From: Acidobacteriota bacterium
GTDB taxonomy: Bacteria; Acidobacteriota; UBA4820; DSQY01
DNA: 64,000 bases
Direction of reading: 5' to 3'
NCBI GenBank assembly: GCA_037443845.1
Contig: JBBINO010000003.1
Location: 12,489 to 76,488 of the forward strand
Position numbers and translations under genes: made by a program
The notes under the pieces: generated by a model
The model's database searches: none
Told to the model about the DNA's origin: nothing
What the model saw: only the letters and a program-made list of their open reading frames with translations
Shown here: positions 62,803-64,000 of the stretch, one piece after another
How positions within the stretch are numbered: position 1 is the stretch's first letter
Layout of the letters: each line of letters opens with the position of its first letter

Positions 62803-64000
62803 TCAGGCGCCTCTCAGCGTGACGAACGTCGCTCCGGCGCCGCCCATCGCCTGGGGAGCCTCCTCGTAACTTTTGACGTAAGGGCTCTTCTTGAGGTAGG
62901 CGTGCAGGCCCGTTCTAAGCCTTCCAGTCCCTATTCCGTGAATCACCCGGACCGTGCCCAACCCATCGGCCAAAGCCCTGTCCAGAAAAGACTCCAGTTC
63001 CTCGGTGGCCTCCTCCACTGTGCGCCCAATAAGGTTGATTTCCGTGGAGGCGGCCGCGACCGAGAGAGACGAGCCACCGGAAGAGGCCGAATGGGCGGAG
63101 GCCGCCGAGACCGTCTCCACGTCCGACGCGCCGACCTGAAGCGTCTTGCCATCCACGTCAACTCCAAGCTTCATGGTGGCCGGATCGGCGGCAATGACCT
63201 TTCCTTTCAGGCCGTAACCGCGAACTATTACCCAATCGCCCTTCTCAGGCATGGCGGTCCAGATGCGGGCTCCCGAAACCGGGACTCCGGCCTCTTTCGC
63301 GGCCGACTCTATGACCTTCGGCGCCTCTCTGTTGGCCACCCTGCGTACCGCCTGGCGGCTCGCCTCCAGCTTCAGCCCGCCGACGAACTCCTCCTCCGCC
63401 TTCCTGATTCTTCTGGGCAGTTCCTCCTCGGCGAAGCGCCTTTGCGCCTCCTTGAGCGAGGCCGTTTGGGCTTCAAGCCTGGCTTGCCATTCCTTGGCCG
63501 ACTCCCGCGCTTTTTTTGCGGCGGAGATTTCGGCCTCCAAGGAGGTTTTCTCCGCTTCCAGCGCCTCCAGCACTTCCTTCAGGCGGCGCTCCTCTTTGGG
63601 CATGGCCGCCCTGGCCGCGTCGAGTATCGCCTTCGGCAGGCCGGCCGCTTCGGCGGTTTCAAGCGCCCGGCTCTGCCCGGCCCGCCCCATCATAAGGCGG
63701 AAGGTCGGACGCATGTCGCCTTCTGAGAACTCCATGCAGGCGTTGCCCATGCCGGGAGTGAACCTGGCCCTCGCCTTGAGCGCCTCGTGGTGGGTGCTGC
63801 AAAGGATGTACCCTCTGTGTTCGTGCAGGTGCGCCAGTATGGCCTCTCCCAAGGCCGCCCCCTCGACTGGGTCGGTGCCAGAGCCTAGCTCGTCGAGAAT
63901 GGCCAGAAACGGCTCCTTCAGGTTTATTAGCGCTTCCTTGAGGTGAACCATCCGCGCGGAGAAGGTGGATAGCGAATCGAGTATTGACTGCGAATCGCCC
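62803..64000 (-). CDS. mutS2: Endonuclease MutS2, C-terminal part; the 5' part lies beyond the window end
   Basis: MutS ATPase Walker B region FLAILDELGSGTDPVEG and ST-HH motif (STHHEAL). Coiled-coil linker and C-terminal Smr domain (LIGRTVEEATEELESFLDRA ... VRVIHGIGTGRL). The frame stays open upstream of the ORF-track start 63951. Confidence 0.8.
   Translation of the reverse strand, partial: GDSQSILDSLSTFSARMVHLKEALINLKEPFLAILDELGSGTDPVEGAALGEAILAHLHEHRGYILCSTHHEALKARARFTPGMGNACMEFSEGDMRPTFRLMMGRAGQSRALETAEAAGLPKAILDAARAAMPKEERRLKEVLEALEAEKTSLEAEISAAKKARESAKEWQARLEAQTASLKEAQRRFAEEELPRRIRKAEEEFVGGLKLEASRQAVRRVANREAPKVIESAAKEAGVPVSGARIWTAMPEKGDWVIVRGYGLKGKVIAADPATMKLGVDVDGKTLQVGASDVETVSAASAHSASSGGSSLSVAAASTEINLIGRTVEEATEELESFLDRALADGLGTVRVIHGIGTGRLRTGLHAYLKKSPYVKSYEEAPQAMGGAGATFVTLRGA

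Overview
The window is 64 kb of high-GC (about 65%) bacterial chromosomal DNA, densely coding, with about 50 CDS and one tRNA-Met. It looks like an anaerobe with GGAGG-type RBSs and frequent start/stop overlaps between neighbouring genes.

Main content, left to right:
- a multiheme cytochrome c (partial) and a 1,066-aa secreted BNR/Asp-box beta-propeller protein;
- a contiguous nine-kb minus-strand [FeFe]-hydrogenase module, REC – NuoE-like – NuoF-like – HydA – GAF histidine kinase – HydG – HydF – HydE;
- SDR, lipoprotein and glmS;
- a plus-strand block with a double zinc-ribbon membrane protein, heptosyltransferase, rhomboid and RqcH/NFACT;
- a tightly coupled chemosensory operon, periplasmic binding protein – MCP – CheW – DeoC-like – flippase-like;
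- an NrdR – Hsp20 – Lon heat-shock cluster, then a 1,015-aa transmembrane Ser/Thr kinase with an N-terminal zinc ribbon and C-terminal propeller;
- rsmB–fmt–def, a TPR/cNMP-binding protein, an HD protein, a GMC oxidoreductase and ICMT;
- a tricorn protease – eIF2B-like – ispG operon, metG, two alpha/beta hydrolases, DUF507 and a giant TPR protein;
- tRNA-Met with its promoter and terminator, then nth, rpoD, dnaG and mutS2 (partial).

No transposases, integrases, CRISPR arrays or cas genes were seen. The most unusual non-coding signals are:
- a small family of repeated intergenic elements at about 16.93, 36.22 and 39.22 kb, made of heptamer tracts YAARCAC plus conserved CGTGACC-box blocks;
- an AT-rich palindromic island at 39.25–39.35 kb;
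- a purine-rich nonamer tract at 37.89–37.95 kb.

All calls rest on reading the six-frame translations for motifs and on family knowledge. No database searches were run.
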